From contig JAQGDQ010001467.1 in assembly GCA_030141605.1 (NCBI GenBank), positions 1-39,441 of the forward strand: 39,441 bases of DNA, in the 5' to 3' direction. The notes under the pieces were generated by a model. It did no database searches, was not told the origin of the DNA, and worked only from the letters and a program-made list of their open reading frames with translations. The position numbers were made by a program, and so were the translations under genes. The DNA comes from Tubiluchus corallicola (taxonomy: Eukaryota > Animalia > Priapulida). Shown here in pieces: positions 12,317 through 23,628 of this stretch. Position 1 is the first letter of the stretch; every line of letters starts with the position of its first letter.

Positions 12317-12493
12317 CTCAAAGCTGCTAAGGTAAGTTGTCTGCCTGACTGGACGGGCCAAGTCCTTAACCCTTTTTTCGATAATTAACGAGAGTAATTT
12401 AATAAAATTTCACTGCTACATTGACATTAACTTAATAAAATCGTTTTGCTGGTCCTTCCTCTCTCTTCGTCGTCACAACAAACCAGATTAGGA

Positions 12494-12534
12494 GGACCGT
12501 AATAACCCAGGTTCGAATCCTGGTCACGGTGCCA
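12494..12534 (+). pseudogene. 3' half of tRNA-His(GTG)-like sequence
   Basis: TAACCCAGGTTCGAATCCTGGTCACGG (12503-12529) has a perfect T-arm (CCAGG-TTCGAAT-CCTGG). From memory it matches the 3' part of invertebrate tRNA-His. The 5' half is absent or decayed. Confidence 0.7.
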
Positions 12535-12558
12535 GTGTGAGGAAATTCTTGGTCGTGA

Positions 12559-12841
12559 CATAGGCGTACGAGGCTGGGGGTACAGCCCCCTCTCCCCGAT
12601 TTGGGTAAACACATTTTTTCGGGTAACCACTAAATAGGCCAGGTGATGAAAAAATAAAAGAATATTTTTCATAAAAAGAAATCTCGAAATTTCTCCATGC
12701 CGCCAAATGAAATGCCGGAAATCCGGTGCATTTTTTTATCATGGGGCGGGTGAATCAATTCATGATTCGAAATTGACCCTGATTTGTTCGGGCAAAAGTA
12801 GTTAGGCCCCTCCCCTGGAAAAATCGGCCCGTACGCCTGTG
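12559..12841. mobile_element. hAT-type MITE, 283 bp
   Basis: TIRs CATAGGCGTACG / CGTACGCCTGTG (11/12 match). Perfect 8-bp TSD GGTCGTGA at 12551-12558 and 12842-12849; 8-bp TSDs are typical of hAT. Confidence 0.9.
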
Positions 12842-13799
12842 GGTCGTGATAGCACTATATAAACAATATAGCTGTGTATTGATAACGTATAACAAGCATC
12901 CACAACGAAGATGAGGAGTTCCTCAGCCACCATCGGATTAGGTGTGCGACTGATTTTAAATACCTGTGTGACGTCATACACACGTCACATATTTCGAAAA
13001 AGGGGTTCTCACTACAGTAATTATTGTCCTCTCCCGCGGCTGGATTTACCCGCTAAACTAACTCCACATGTATTCACTGACTGAGTGAAAGACCAAGCAT
13101 CTAAGCTTCATCAACGCCCTAATTCTCAGCGAAGAAAAAACACAACGCCAAACATGATTTGTTTACAATGAACAAAACGCTTTTCCCATGATGGTTAAGC
13201 CGAATACGTTTACGCCTGCGCTTGGTGGACACGTTAGTGAGTCCACCGTATCCTATTCATGAACCGGACGAGATTAACCACATGGGTTTCTTAAAGTGCA
13301 CAAATAACGCTAATGCGCAAAGAAAAGTCACGTTCACAATTTTCCTAACAAATTTATGGGAAGTAAAACCAACTGAGGTACCGCGGATGGAACTTCTAAA
13401 CAGTTTGTTCGGTTGCACAAACCGGACGCTTGTTTATTAATGGCTGCCGACATAATTGGCCAACTTGAGTGTGTTTTACCTGTCCATACTTCAGTTGGAC
13501 TCTCAATTTTATCTCCTCGTAAGCTAATAGGCAAATATGGGCTGGCGTAATTGCTACCCCACGGTTTACATTTGCTGAATGGGTGGGAGCTCTCGGGGAC
13601 ACATCGACCTGAGCTGTACAATAATTTACATACGAAAGCTGCTAATGTAAACTCTTTAAATAAGTTAACTTACTACTAGCCTTCAGCTCTAATGGCACCC
13701 AGAAAATTGGTTTTGACAACTTGTAATTTGCTTGAAATTAACGTTTGTGATTGAGCACACCGGATCCCGGATATTAAAACTTTCCGCTGAAAGCCAAAA

Positions 13800-14080
13800 G
13801 ATGTTGATGATGATGATGATGATGATGAAGATGATGAAGATGATAATGAGAAGGAGAATGAGAATAATGTGGTGATGATAATGTTGATAATGGCGGTTAT
13901 GATCATGATGATGTTGACGACGACGATGATAATTATATGATTATGATTATGGTAGTGACGATGATATGATGATGATGGTAATGATGATGATGGTGATGTT
14001 GACGACGACGATGATGATGATGACGACGACGACGACAGCCATGATAATTATGTGATTATGATTATGGTAGTGACGATGAT

Positions 14081-14113
<33 letters not shown>

Positions 14114-14250
14114 GTGATGATGACGACGACGACGACGACGACGACGACGATATAATTATGTGATTATGATTATGGTAGTGACGATGATATGATGATGATG
14201 GTGATGATGATGATGATGGTGATGATGATAACGACGATGACAAAGATGAT
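13800..14250. repeat. (GAT/GAC)n microsatellite with three higher-order copies of ATAATTATRTGATTATGATTATGGTAGTGACGATGATATGATG
   Basis: Seen directly; the block recurs near 13929, 14044 and 14153. Confidence 0.93.
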
Positions 14251-15429
14251 GAATAATGTAGAAAACTTTATAACAGACTGCATAAAAAGAACCACTTGCA
14301 GAAACTTTGAGCTCACAGCACAGAAGGAATGAATTTGTAGAGAAGATGAAGTATATTAGACTGAAGTTAGTGTAGACTGTTGTAGACTGGTTCACTCTGG
14401 TGGTGGAAACAAAACTACGAAATTATGTTGAAAGAAAGAATACACATGGTGACCATTCAACAGCAATGCTCAAGAACAAGAAAGGTCCCAGGCTGGCCTT
14501 GGCAGAGCTACCGTAGTCACATACACCCACTGAGCTTACCTGATTGGCTAGTAAAACACACTAGTAATCAACACTACCATATTTGGGAAGCCCAGCAGGT
14601 ACAGGTGACTGAGCAGCACCGACCAAGGCCACAACCTGGATTAAACCTGACTCAGTTCAATAATAAATAAATGTAGGTGGCAGCACATGTTAAATTATTA
14701 TTGAAGTAATATAAATTAAGAATCGAAAATGAAATTTGCGACAATTAGACTGTGTTGTGCAATTGTGGCACAACAGTACTGATCGTAAAATCTGGCAGTC
14801 AGTAGTTTATTGGTTATAACATAGCGACAATGGTTGTGACGATGTGGCAGAAATAATTCGGAGGTGATGATTGAAGTTTTGGCAGTTGGAAATAAATTAA
14901 TGTTAAATTTTTTCCAGGATTGTAACAGCAGCATACGAAAAAATAATCTAAACTCTTGCGCCTTAAGCGGCAATATCTAAGCTTTCTTTCCGAACAATCG
15001 CTTACCGTTTATGGTTTTATCAGAATAATTGTCTCGTTCAATCAAGAGTTTCTGAAGACAATCAAGCTTTAGTTCAATGTAGTTCCCTCAGGGTGTTAAT
15101 TCATTCTCTGAAGATATCGGTTACAGCCTTAAACAGTCGGTCAGTTTTATTTTAATACAAACTCTAGAGTCTAGACGCTCATTTTCAGACAGAGTAGGCC
15201 TACTCGTGTTCCCAAAGTGACATCTCAACTTGTGTTCCCAAAGTGACATCTCAACTCTTGTTCCCAATTTTTTACTATGTCTATATGTTATAGCTCAGCC
15301 TGTATAGAAGTGTTATAGATTCTCCTCTCGTTGTACCACTTTCCTGGAGAGGTACTTATATGCTTACACTATCTGGCTAGCTCAAAATCAAAACGTCCAG
15401 TTTCCACTCTCTTAGTTCAAAGCAAATTG

Positions 15430-16150
15430 AGCATTCCATTTATAAACAATCCCTTAGCATTCATTCCTGGTACCACTTTAAACAATAGAACACACAATTT
15501 AAAGCAAATTACAGTAAACAATAAATTTGGAAATAACTCTATATCAAAACAGGCCATACATTTATGGAACTTACTACCCAGTGAAATAAAACTAATAGAA
15601 TCTCTCCACCATTTTAAAAAGAAATTAAAAGAATATCAATATAACAGGTTTCAACTTCCACATTGTGCATCTGATACTAATTACACAGACTCAACTTTCA
15701 TCTACCCCCGCTCCTGACTCCATAAAACGATTAAATTAAATTTTTTTTAAAAATTATGTATTGTAACACGTGTTATGTTAGTTTTGTAATGTCAAATGTA
15801 TAAATAGTGTAAATGTAATGAGTGAAATTTATGTAATGTAAAGCATGTTTCTGTTAATTGTGTCATGTCAAATGTATATATAGTGTAAAATTGGTCATGT
15901 ACAATTTAATGTACTTTTGTAATATTGTTTTGTAAAAATATTTTAATATGGTGTTTGTAAATATGTTCATTTATTGTATATAATTACGCCTTAGTTTTGC
16001 ACTTTAGTTTTTTTAGTCTGCACTGGACGCATTTGTCTTGAACAGTGTTGTTATTTTAACATTACGTTGAGGATTACTCAATTTTATTATAATGAGTGAA
16101 CCATTTTAATGACAAATAAAGAATTAATATATATATATATATAATATATA
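15430..16150 (+). mobile_element. 5'-truncated CR1/L2-group LINE: ORF2 C-terminus plus 3' UTR
   Basis: Peptide ...KFGNNSISKQAIHLWNLLPSEIKLIESLHHFKKKLKEY fits the CR1/L2 'WN.LP..IK...S...FK..LK' terminus. It is followed by an AT-rich UTR, a GCACTG...CAGTGT stem, AATAAA and a (TA)n tail. Confidence 0.8.
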
Positions 16151-16218
16151 TAAGTATCTTATTACTTCAAACTTCTACCTGCTCCTTTTCACTTTCCCTA
16201 CTTTATTTACACTTCACT

Positions 16219-16602
16219 CAGGGGTAAACGTTCTCTACCAGAAAGCGAATTCGAATCGAATCGATTTTTTGACTATCTGACTTTTTTACCTGAAGGTTTC
16301 GAATCCGAATCGAATTCAGTTTTAAGGATTTTCAAATAAATTTTCGAATGATTAATAAAAAGCGGCCTCGCAAAGATCGTGCATATTGCTTGATTTTGTT
16401 CTGCAGTAAAAACATTAATAATTTGTTTAAAGATTGCGCACGCGCACAGAAATCACAGCTAAATTACGCTGATTGCACGAAGTTTCAAACGTTTTATTGA
16501 TAAAGAACGTAGTTGAAGTGCTAAATTATTCGAACCTACAATTTTAGGTTCAGGGAAAAAAACTCGTTCGAACGGAATTCAAAAGTTCGATGCTCACCTC
16601 TA
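16219..16602. mobile_element. Old hAT-like MITE rich in TTCGAA/TCGAAT motifs
   Basis: Degenerate TIRs CAGGGGTAAACGTT versus revcomp TAGAGGTGAGCATC differ only by transitions. TTCGAA clusters lie near both ends. The flanks ACTTCACT / ATAACACT may be an eroded 8-bp TSD. Confidence 0.5.
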
Positions 16603-16823
16603 ATAACACTACCGGCTGCCAATCATCAGCAGACCTGGATGTTGTAGTGCTAGTTGAGTGGTAGTCTATACTGTCGGAAAAGGTATAAAATATGGAAACA
16701 ATCCTGTTAATGAACAAAAAATAATAGTGTACGTATCATTGTATTATATACCATAGATATTATTGTTTCTTGTATATCAACATGATTATTTCTATGTTCA
16801 ACTTCACTACATAGTCATATTAA

Positions 16824-17271
16824 CCCTTTCATACCCGTTGTATCCCGTGGGATACGAGAATATTCTCTGCCTTTAAAATTAATAAAATTTCAAAACTGAC
16901 AGTTATTTTATCTGTTAATAGTTATTTTGATTTAAGCCAATAACAATAGACTAAAAGTGGTGATAAAATGGCAAACTAGAAAATCTACATAACCTAAAAA
17001 ACTGCTCAAGGTACAGTACTTTAGAAACGACTTTGTACAGATCAGCATAGCGTACATACTAAATGTCTTAAATACTTTTAAAAATTATCAGCAGTTGCAA
17101 AATGAAGCACATTTTATGCTTCCATTGAATCCCAATGTATCCCGTGGGATACAGGCTATATTTAGCACACGGGCACAGGTAGAAAAAAATAATTATGTGT
17201 AAACAAGATGGACATACTGAACCAAAGTACCAAGCCTTTTCTTATTAAAAAATAGTTTGGGACTGAAAGGG
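16824..17271 (+). mobile_element. piggyBac-type MITE, copy 1 (448 bp; orientation arbitrary)
   Basis: TTAA on both flanks and TIRs CCCTTTCA/TGAAAGGG. Closely similar copies lie at 23770 and 27184 in the opposite orientation. Confidence 0.93.
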
Positions 17272-18221
17272 TTAAAGCCTAATTTAGGCCTAATCGAAAA
17301 CAGAAAGGTCAGAGTTATCGAAAATTTTTAAAGGCAATGCAATTTGCTTTGTGAAGGAGATTTTCGCCTTGAAGCCAGTTCAGATGTAATTTATTTTCAA
17401 TGATCAGAAGTTTTAACAGTGACAAGTGAATCAGTAATCGCTTTAGATGTTGAAGAAACGGAACCGGAAATTGAGCACGGCACTCGCTGGTGATTGTGCC
17501 AGTCGATTTGTTACATGATGTTGCCTCAGCCTCCTGAACTCGTGCTCTCTTAAACTCCTCATTAGCCCATTGTTTTCCACAAATAGATGCTGGACCCACC
17601 GTACCAGGTAAAGGTGAACGTCCAGATTGGATGAATTCGCTGATGGTAATTAAGCAACAGGTGTTGCAAATAGCCTACATTCGGAACGCTGTATGCGCTA
17701 ACATTGTAGACGAACTCTAGTGTGAAATCTGATTAAGTGAGATTTGCGTGGTGTGAAGACTTAGGAGTCATACATGAGACTCTGATTTGTATTGAGATTA
17801 AGATTTCCTGACAGCTGTCGAGTTAGGGAGCACTTAGTTTAATCACGCTGCAAAATGAATGGTGCTAGAATTTAATTTATAAAGCAATCATGACCAACAA
17901 CCCTGGCTAACTAACTGTTACGACCTTATAGCGCAAAGTACTGCTAAATGTTTAATATGTTTTATCGTATTATTAAGCAGTAATGTTGGAAAAACTGATT
18001 GATTATTTCCTCTGTGTGAGAAGGTCAGTCATAACGAGTTGGTGAAGGTGCAAAGGTGAAGACAGCGATGGCGATGATTAATTTTGTTAATAAGAAACAG
18101 TGAAAACGCAAAAGAAGTGTTATGATGAAGATGTTCACACTATTTCATATCCAGACGTGTAAATGAATCATAAAGTGCTATGAAAGTGTTCTACACTTTT
18201 ATTCTCAATCAGGCTGTAAAA

Positions 18222-19618
18222 GTAAAACAAATATTCCAGTCATTGTTTAATGTTACTGCCAATAAAACCAATATTCCAGTCATTGTTTAATGTTGCTGCC
18301 AATAAAACAAATATTCCAGTCATTGTTTAATGTTGCTGCCAATAAAACCAATATTCCAGTCATTGTTTAATGTTACTGCCAATAAAACCAATATTCCAGT
18401 CATTGTTTAATGTTACAGCCAATAAAACCAATATTCCAGTCATTGTTTAATGTTACTGCCAATAAAATCAATATTCCAGTCATTGTTTAATGTTACTGCC
18501 AATAAAACCAATATTCCAGTCATTGTTTAATGTTACAGCCAATAAAACCAATATTCCAGTCATTGTTTAATGTTACTGCCAATAAAATCAATATTCCAGT
18601 CATTGTTTAATGTTGCTGCCAATAAAACCAATATTCCAGTCATTGTTTAATGTTGCTGCCAATAAAACCAATATTCCAGTCATTGTTTAATGTTACTGCC
18701 AATAAAACCAATATTCCAGTCATTGTTTAATGTTACAGCCAATAAAACCAATATTCCAGTCATTGTTTAATGTTACTGCCAATAAAACCAATATTCCAGT
18801 CATTGTTTAATGTTACAGCCAATAAAACCAATATTCCAGTCATTGTTTAATGTTACTGCCAATAAAATCAATATTCCAGTCATTGTTTAATGTTACTGCC
18901 AATAAAACCAATATTCCAGTCATTGTTTAATGTTAGCCAATAAAACCAATATTCCAGTCATTGTTTAATGTTCTGCCAATAAAACAATATTCCAGTCATT
19001 GTTTAATGTTCTGCCAATAAAACCAATATTCCAGTCATTGTTTAATGTTCGCCAATAAAACAATATTCCAGTCATTGTTTAATGTTGCTGCAATAAAACC
19101 AATATTCCAGTCATTGTTTAATGTTACAGCCAATAAAACCAATATTCCAGTCATTGTTTAATGTTGCTGCCAATAAAATCAATATTCCAGTCATTGTTTA
19201 ATGTTGCTGCCAATAAAACCAATATTCCAGTCATTGTTTAATGTTGCTGCCAATAAAACCAATATTCCAGTCATTGTTTAATGTTGCTGCCAATAAAACC
19301 AATATTCCAGTCATTGTTTAATGTTGCTGCCAATAAAACCAATATTCCAGTCATTGTTTAATGTTGCTGCCAATAAAACCAATATTCCAGTCATTGTTTA
19401 ATGTTGCTGCCAATAAAACAAATATTCCAGTCATTGTTTAATGTTGCTGCCAATAAAACCAATATTCCAGTCATTGTTTAATGTTACAGCCAATAAAACC
19501 AATATTCCAGTCATTGTTTAATGTTGCTGCCAATAAAACAAATATTCCAGTCATTGTTTAATGTTGCTGCCAATAAAACCAATATTCCAGTCGTTGTTTA
19601 ATGTTACTGCCAATATTC
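18222..19618. repeat. 40-bp minisatellite, ~35 copies (AATAAAACCAATATTCCAGTCATTGTTTAATGTTRCTGCC)
   Basis: Period 40 (CATTGTTTAA at 18241, 18281 ...). Confidence 0.98.
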
Positions 19619-20011
19619 GAAACACTCTTTCAAATATAGATTCTATCAAAAAGTTAATGCCCATTTTAATTATGATTAACTATCGTATCTAGTTACTAAA
19701 TTTCTCACTTACATAGGCCTGCACGTTACAAAATGAGAGAGGCTAATGATAAAGAGATTAATGAAATTAAGTAGCTTTACAGGCTTATAAACGTTTTAGT
19801 ACAGATGCAGATTTTTATTTGCTATATACACGCAAAGTACAATCAATGTGTGTCTCGTTTCGGCAACAGAAACATGGAAAAACTAGAAAAACACAGTAAA
19901 GCGAAGTGCCCAAAAGACGTCGCCATTAATCGACGGTGGCGGCATCTGTCCCGGTACAAACAAGTTAATACCCCGCATAAAAGTTACACTATCATTCTGG
20001 CTTAAAATACG

Positions 20012-20012
<1 letters not shown>

Positions 20013-20053
<41 letters not shown>

Positions 20054-20073
20054 GTGCGTGTGTGCGTGTGTGT
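20013..20073. repeat. (TG)n microsatellite
   Basis: Seen directly. Confidence 0.95.
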
Positions 20074-21689
20074 TCATACTGTTACTGCATTGATGAGTAA
20101 GTGTATACGGTGCAATAAAAAGAAGCACATCAGACATTCACCTAATTAACGTCTCCTGATGTTTGTTTTTATCGAGATCTATTTTGATTGGAACATATAT
20201 TAGCTTGCTTGATTAGATCAATTAATACAGTGACATCGCCAAAGACAGGCTAGAATCACGGAGATAATGTGAATTGATAAGCAACTCTGGTTGAGCGTGT
20301 GCCGTAATCACATTATCTCTTCAAATATGACAATTAAGTCCCCGGAGCAGAAGCTGCTGCTACTGGATGCAGAGATAAGAGACGGGTTATACGGTAAGCT
20401 AAACTCATGGCACGGGTCGATACGCCTTCCATACTTAATAACCCGACAAATACAATAGAGACGTCTGCTCAAGAGTTCTCTCTAATAATACCTTATCTGC
20501 ATCACAGTAAAGAGCAGCTTAAAATAGCCACGGGTCACGACGGACGTGTCGCTGCGGGCATCATATTACGATTGCGTCGCGTTTCGTCTGAAGAGAGAGA
20601 GAGAGAGAGGGAGAACGCCGAGGACCCCAAGAGAGTTTTGACCGGTGCTGCAGCTGCCTGACGAAGTGTTTGCACGAGTAAAGGATGCACATCTGCCTCC
20701 ATTAAAACAATAAAATATATGGAGGTAATGTGTAAGACTATTAGGCCGTTTAAGAGCACAGGTATGAGGAAGCGAGGCATGCATATTGATTAGGATGGGA
20801 AGGTGGGGAGGTGGAATTATTAGACAACACCTGCTGCTCCTGTGAGGGCAATGGCACGTGCCCTTCATTTGCTGACGGTTTTGGCATTACCTTCAAATTT
20901 CTAGTAAGAAATTTTGTGCCAAAATTGGAACCAAATTACTTAGTAATTTACTTAAACTTTACTATATTTCATTACTCATGTTCCTAGATCACGTAAGGAA
21001 ATATACAGAAAATTCCGCGTTACCATCGGTTCAACAAGCCATAGAACCAGCTAAAAAACCTGCAGGTGGACAAATGTTAACATACTTAGATTTTGCACAG
21101 AAAGATTTAAATACTTCAGCATTGATCCTTAGAAATAAATACACTAGGGGGGCATTGCGGCAAGCAGGGAGTCCTGGCATAGGGAGGTGAGCAGAATCAT
21201 GTCCCTGGACGTGTGATTCATTGGATGATGATGATGGTTATACCAGATTGTTGCAGTTTTTGATATGAGAAATTTATGTAAGAATGAGAGCAAAGAAGAT
21301 GAACTTCATTTTAGTGCAATGTTTATTGTCAAGAAATGATTGCGTTCCTAAGCCAAATGTCAGATATTTTTCCAGAATTCCCATCTATATCGATAAGTTT
21401 ATATTTTTAAACAAAAGTGGGGATGTGGAAGTTACGAAATTGTTGATTAACTATGTGCATAAAATTTCAACTATGCGTGATTCTAAATTAAGAGACGCGA
21501 ATTAATTTTGCTAAGAATTAATGTATTCAATCAGCACTGTAATATATATGTATTTGTGTTTTTGTCTTTCGTCAACTGCCCTTAAAAAAGCCCTGCAGTT
21601 TTAGGGCCGTGTTCCTGTATGCTTTGTTTGTTTAACTTTGTCATCTGTTAAATGTACTTGTATTTATGTTTGTGAAGTAAAGCGTTAAT

Positions 21690-21774
21690 TATTATTGTTG
21701 TTGTTGCTGTTGTTGTTGTTGTCGTCGTCGTCGTCGTCGTCACCACCATCATCATCATCATCATCATTATTATT
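21690..21774. repeat. Compound trinucleotide run (ATT)(GTT)(GTC)(CAC)(CAT)(TAT)
   Basis: Seen directly. It follows a GCCCT-N8-AGGGC stem-loop at 21591-21608, so it is possibly a retroposon tail. Confidence 0.85.
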
Positions 21775-22485
21775 GGAACCCATTCTTCAACAGGTGACGT
21801 ATTTAATACAATTACTACGTGACGCACAGCAAAAGATGTAAACGCTTCCGTAGTAACTTACGACATCATGCGTGCATTCGTTGCGACTCCAGATTCCAGT
21901 ACTGCCGCACGAGAATCTGAAATATTGTACCGTGCATATAAACTACTATGTTTCTTTAGTGCATCGTTAAAAATCTTTTTACCGCTGTACAACTTTTTCA
22001 CAGACTTGTGTTCAGCTTCCTCGTGATCAGTCATCTTTCAGTCATCTTTTGACATCTATTATCTCTTTAGGGAGGTCAATTACGAACCAATCTTCGTTTG
22101 ACTACCAGCTTCCTACTTTCTTTAACTCCTGCTATTAGTGTAAATGAAATTAGCATAATTTATTAGCATTAGAATTCTGATCGGTAATTAATAAAAAAAA
22201 CTTTTCACGACCGCTTAACACAACTAAAATACTTTATTGAACAAGAAACACGATAAAATGTAAAAAAAAAATTAAAAGAGACAGAACTGCGTCTGTAGCA
22301 ACTACGACGCTCACAGCAATGAGGGATATCAAAGATGTGTGTAATTTCACGTGCAGCTTAAAGCCAATTACATTGACATAACAATTGTAAATATTGGTAA
22401 TAACATTGATGCCGTTACTATAAGCTACTATAATAATTATAATTTTTAGACAGAATCTAACCGAGCTGGAGGAGATGTGAAAAAA

Positions 22486-22530
22486 TCGGGACTAATCACG
22501 AATTTGAACCAGGGACCTTTCGATTGCAAA
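22486..22530 (-). pseudogene. Decayed tRNA-like fragment (SINE head remnant)
   Basis: The minus strand reads TTGCAATCGAAAGGTCCCTGGTTCAAATTCG, resembling an anticodon arm, variable loop and B-box. The 5' half is not recognisable. Confidence 0.4.
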
Positions 22531-22587
22531 TAATCTGGACCAATGTTTTTTATTATTCGCAGTTTCTTTCACATTATATTACCTAAG

Positions 22588-22675
22588 TCTCGTCTGATCA
22601 CCGAAGTTAAGCAACGTAGAACCTGGTTAGTGCTTGGATGGGTGACCGCTTAAGAATACCGGGTGCAGTAGGCTT
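22588..22675 (+). pseudogene. 5S rRNA-derived segment lacking the first ~30 nt
   Basis: TCTCGTCTGATCACCGAAGTTAAGCAACG...TTAGTGCTTGGATGGGTGACCGC...GAATACCGGGTGCAGTAGGCTT includes the box A/IE/box C internal promoter region. It has substitutions and no T-run terminator. Confidence 0.92.
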
Positions 22676-23050
22676 GCGGGATGCCCACGCTGTATCTCGA
22701 CACTAGGCGGAGGAGCTGCACAAGCAGCCAACGGCTAGAGGGCGGAGGAGGTCAAGTGACCCAACGGCCATGTGTAGAGGAGTAAACCTTCCAAATCAGG
22801 AGTGGAGCCCCGAAGGCGGACTAGAGCAGCATGCTCACTGACTCCGGCAGCTCTTGCAGCCAACCTGGTGACAAATGTATCGCTCCGCTTTCTTTTGGAC
22901 TACACCAGGGAGGAAGAGAGGGGTTCCTGTTGTCTGGGCAACTCAGGATCTCCATACACCTTGCCCAGGCGTGCACCCCGAAGATGTATAAGGATAGGAC
23001 TCTCTTGGTGCACATTCCAATATCTTCCGAGACAGAAGGATGCCAACAGC
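22588..23050 (+). mobile_element. 5S rRNA-headed retroposon (SINE3-like), 5'-truncated
   Basis: Perfect 12-bp TSD ATATTACCTAAG at 22576-22587 and 23051-23062. The 5S-derived head spans 22588-22675 and is followed by a 375-bp GC-richer body. Confidence 0.88.
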
Positions 23051-23225
23051 ATATTACCTAAGATTGTCAACTGAACATCGTTAATGTATGTAATAAATAA
23101 AACCGGGCCCAGTGTTGTGCCTTGATGTACTCCATTAATGAGGTTGCCCAGTCTGCACATGTTTTGTTTAAAAGACAGCAGTGTGATTTTTCACATCTTA
23201 CCCCATCTTAGAAAGTTAACTAACG
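23051..23225 (-). mobile_element. Decayed non-LTR reverse transcriptase fragment (CR1/L2/Jockey-like)
   Basis: Minus-strand peptide GVHQGTTLGPVLFITYINDV matches the RT motif GVPQGS.LGP.LF..YIND. Confidence 0.8.
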
Positions 23226-23333
23226 CTAGGCGTGCAAAATTAGTGATGACATCACAACTGAACATAATTTTCAGAAGCACAAACATTAATTCCACGAGTC
23301 CGTTGCACATGTTTGCGAAAGCGTGTACTAAGT

Positions 23334-23628
23334 ATAGTACAGTGCTAATGTACAACATTGAATGTGATATAGAACAACCCGTAGAACTTTAAATTTAAAA
23401 TAGCTCTCGAATACGTGTGTACTACGTCACAACTGAACGCCTCTGAGTTGAGAGGTACAGCACCTGCTTTTTGTGCAATGGCGAAGAACTGGCCGCGCGA
23501 ACGCGAAATTACGTTTCTGTGGCAAAAATGCTTTCACGTAAGTCATTCTCGAAAAAATAGTATCTTTCCTGCCAACATTTTACAGGGTAGACTGTTTTGA
23601 GCTATGGTTTAAGACTAAATCCGGTTTT
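23334..23628 (+). mobile_element. Unclassified dispersed repeat (homologue of 8092-8465 minus)
   Basis: See the 8092-8465 entry. The ORF track shows the shared LRGT.P.FCAM translation in both copies. Confidence 0.75.

Noticed and set aside
13291-13659. TTAAAG...CTTTAA-bounded Kolobok/Crypton-like element
   Set aside because: The inverted match barely extends beyond the 6-mer, which is common in AT-rich DNA, and there is no second copy in the window.
17315-17650. 94-aa minus-strand ORF as a host exon
   Set aside because: No recognisable homology or convincing splice sites.
20336-20361. RNase MRP RNA (AAGTCCCCGG resembles CR-I)
   Set aside because: No GARAR P8 loop, and I saw no downstream GGGGCT-type CR-V partner.
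20658-20690. Hammerhead ribozyme (CTGACGA + GTG-TTTG-CAC stem)
   Set aside because: The required GAAA after stem II reads GAGT, and stems I and III cannot be formed convincingly.
22588-22675. Functional 5S rRNA gene
   Set aside because: It lacks the first ~30 nt, has substitutions and no T-run terminator, and lies within a TSD-bounded insertion.
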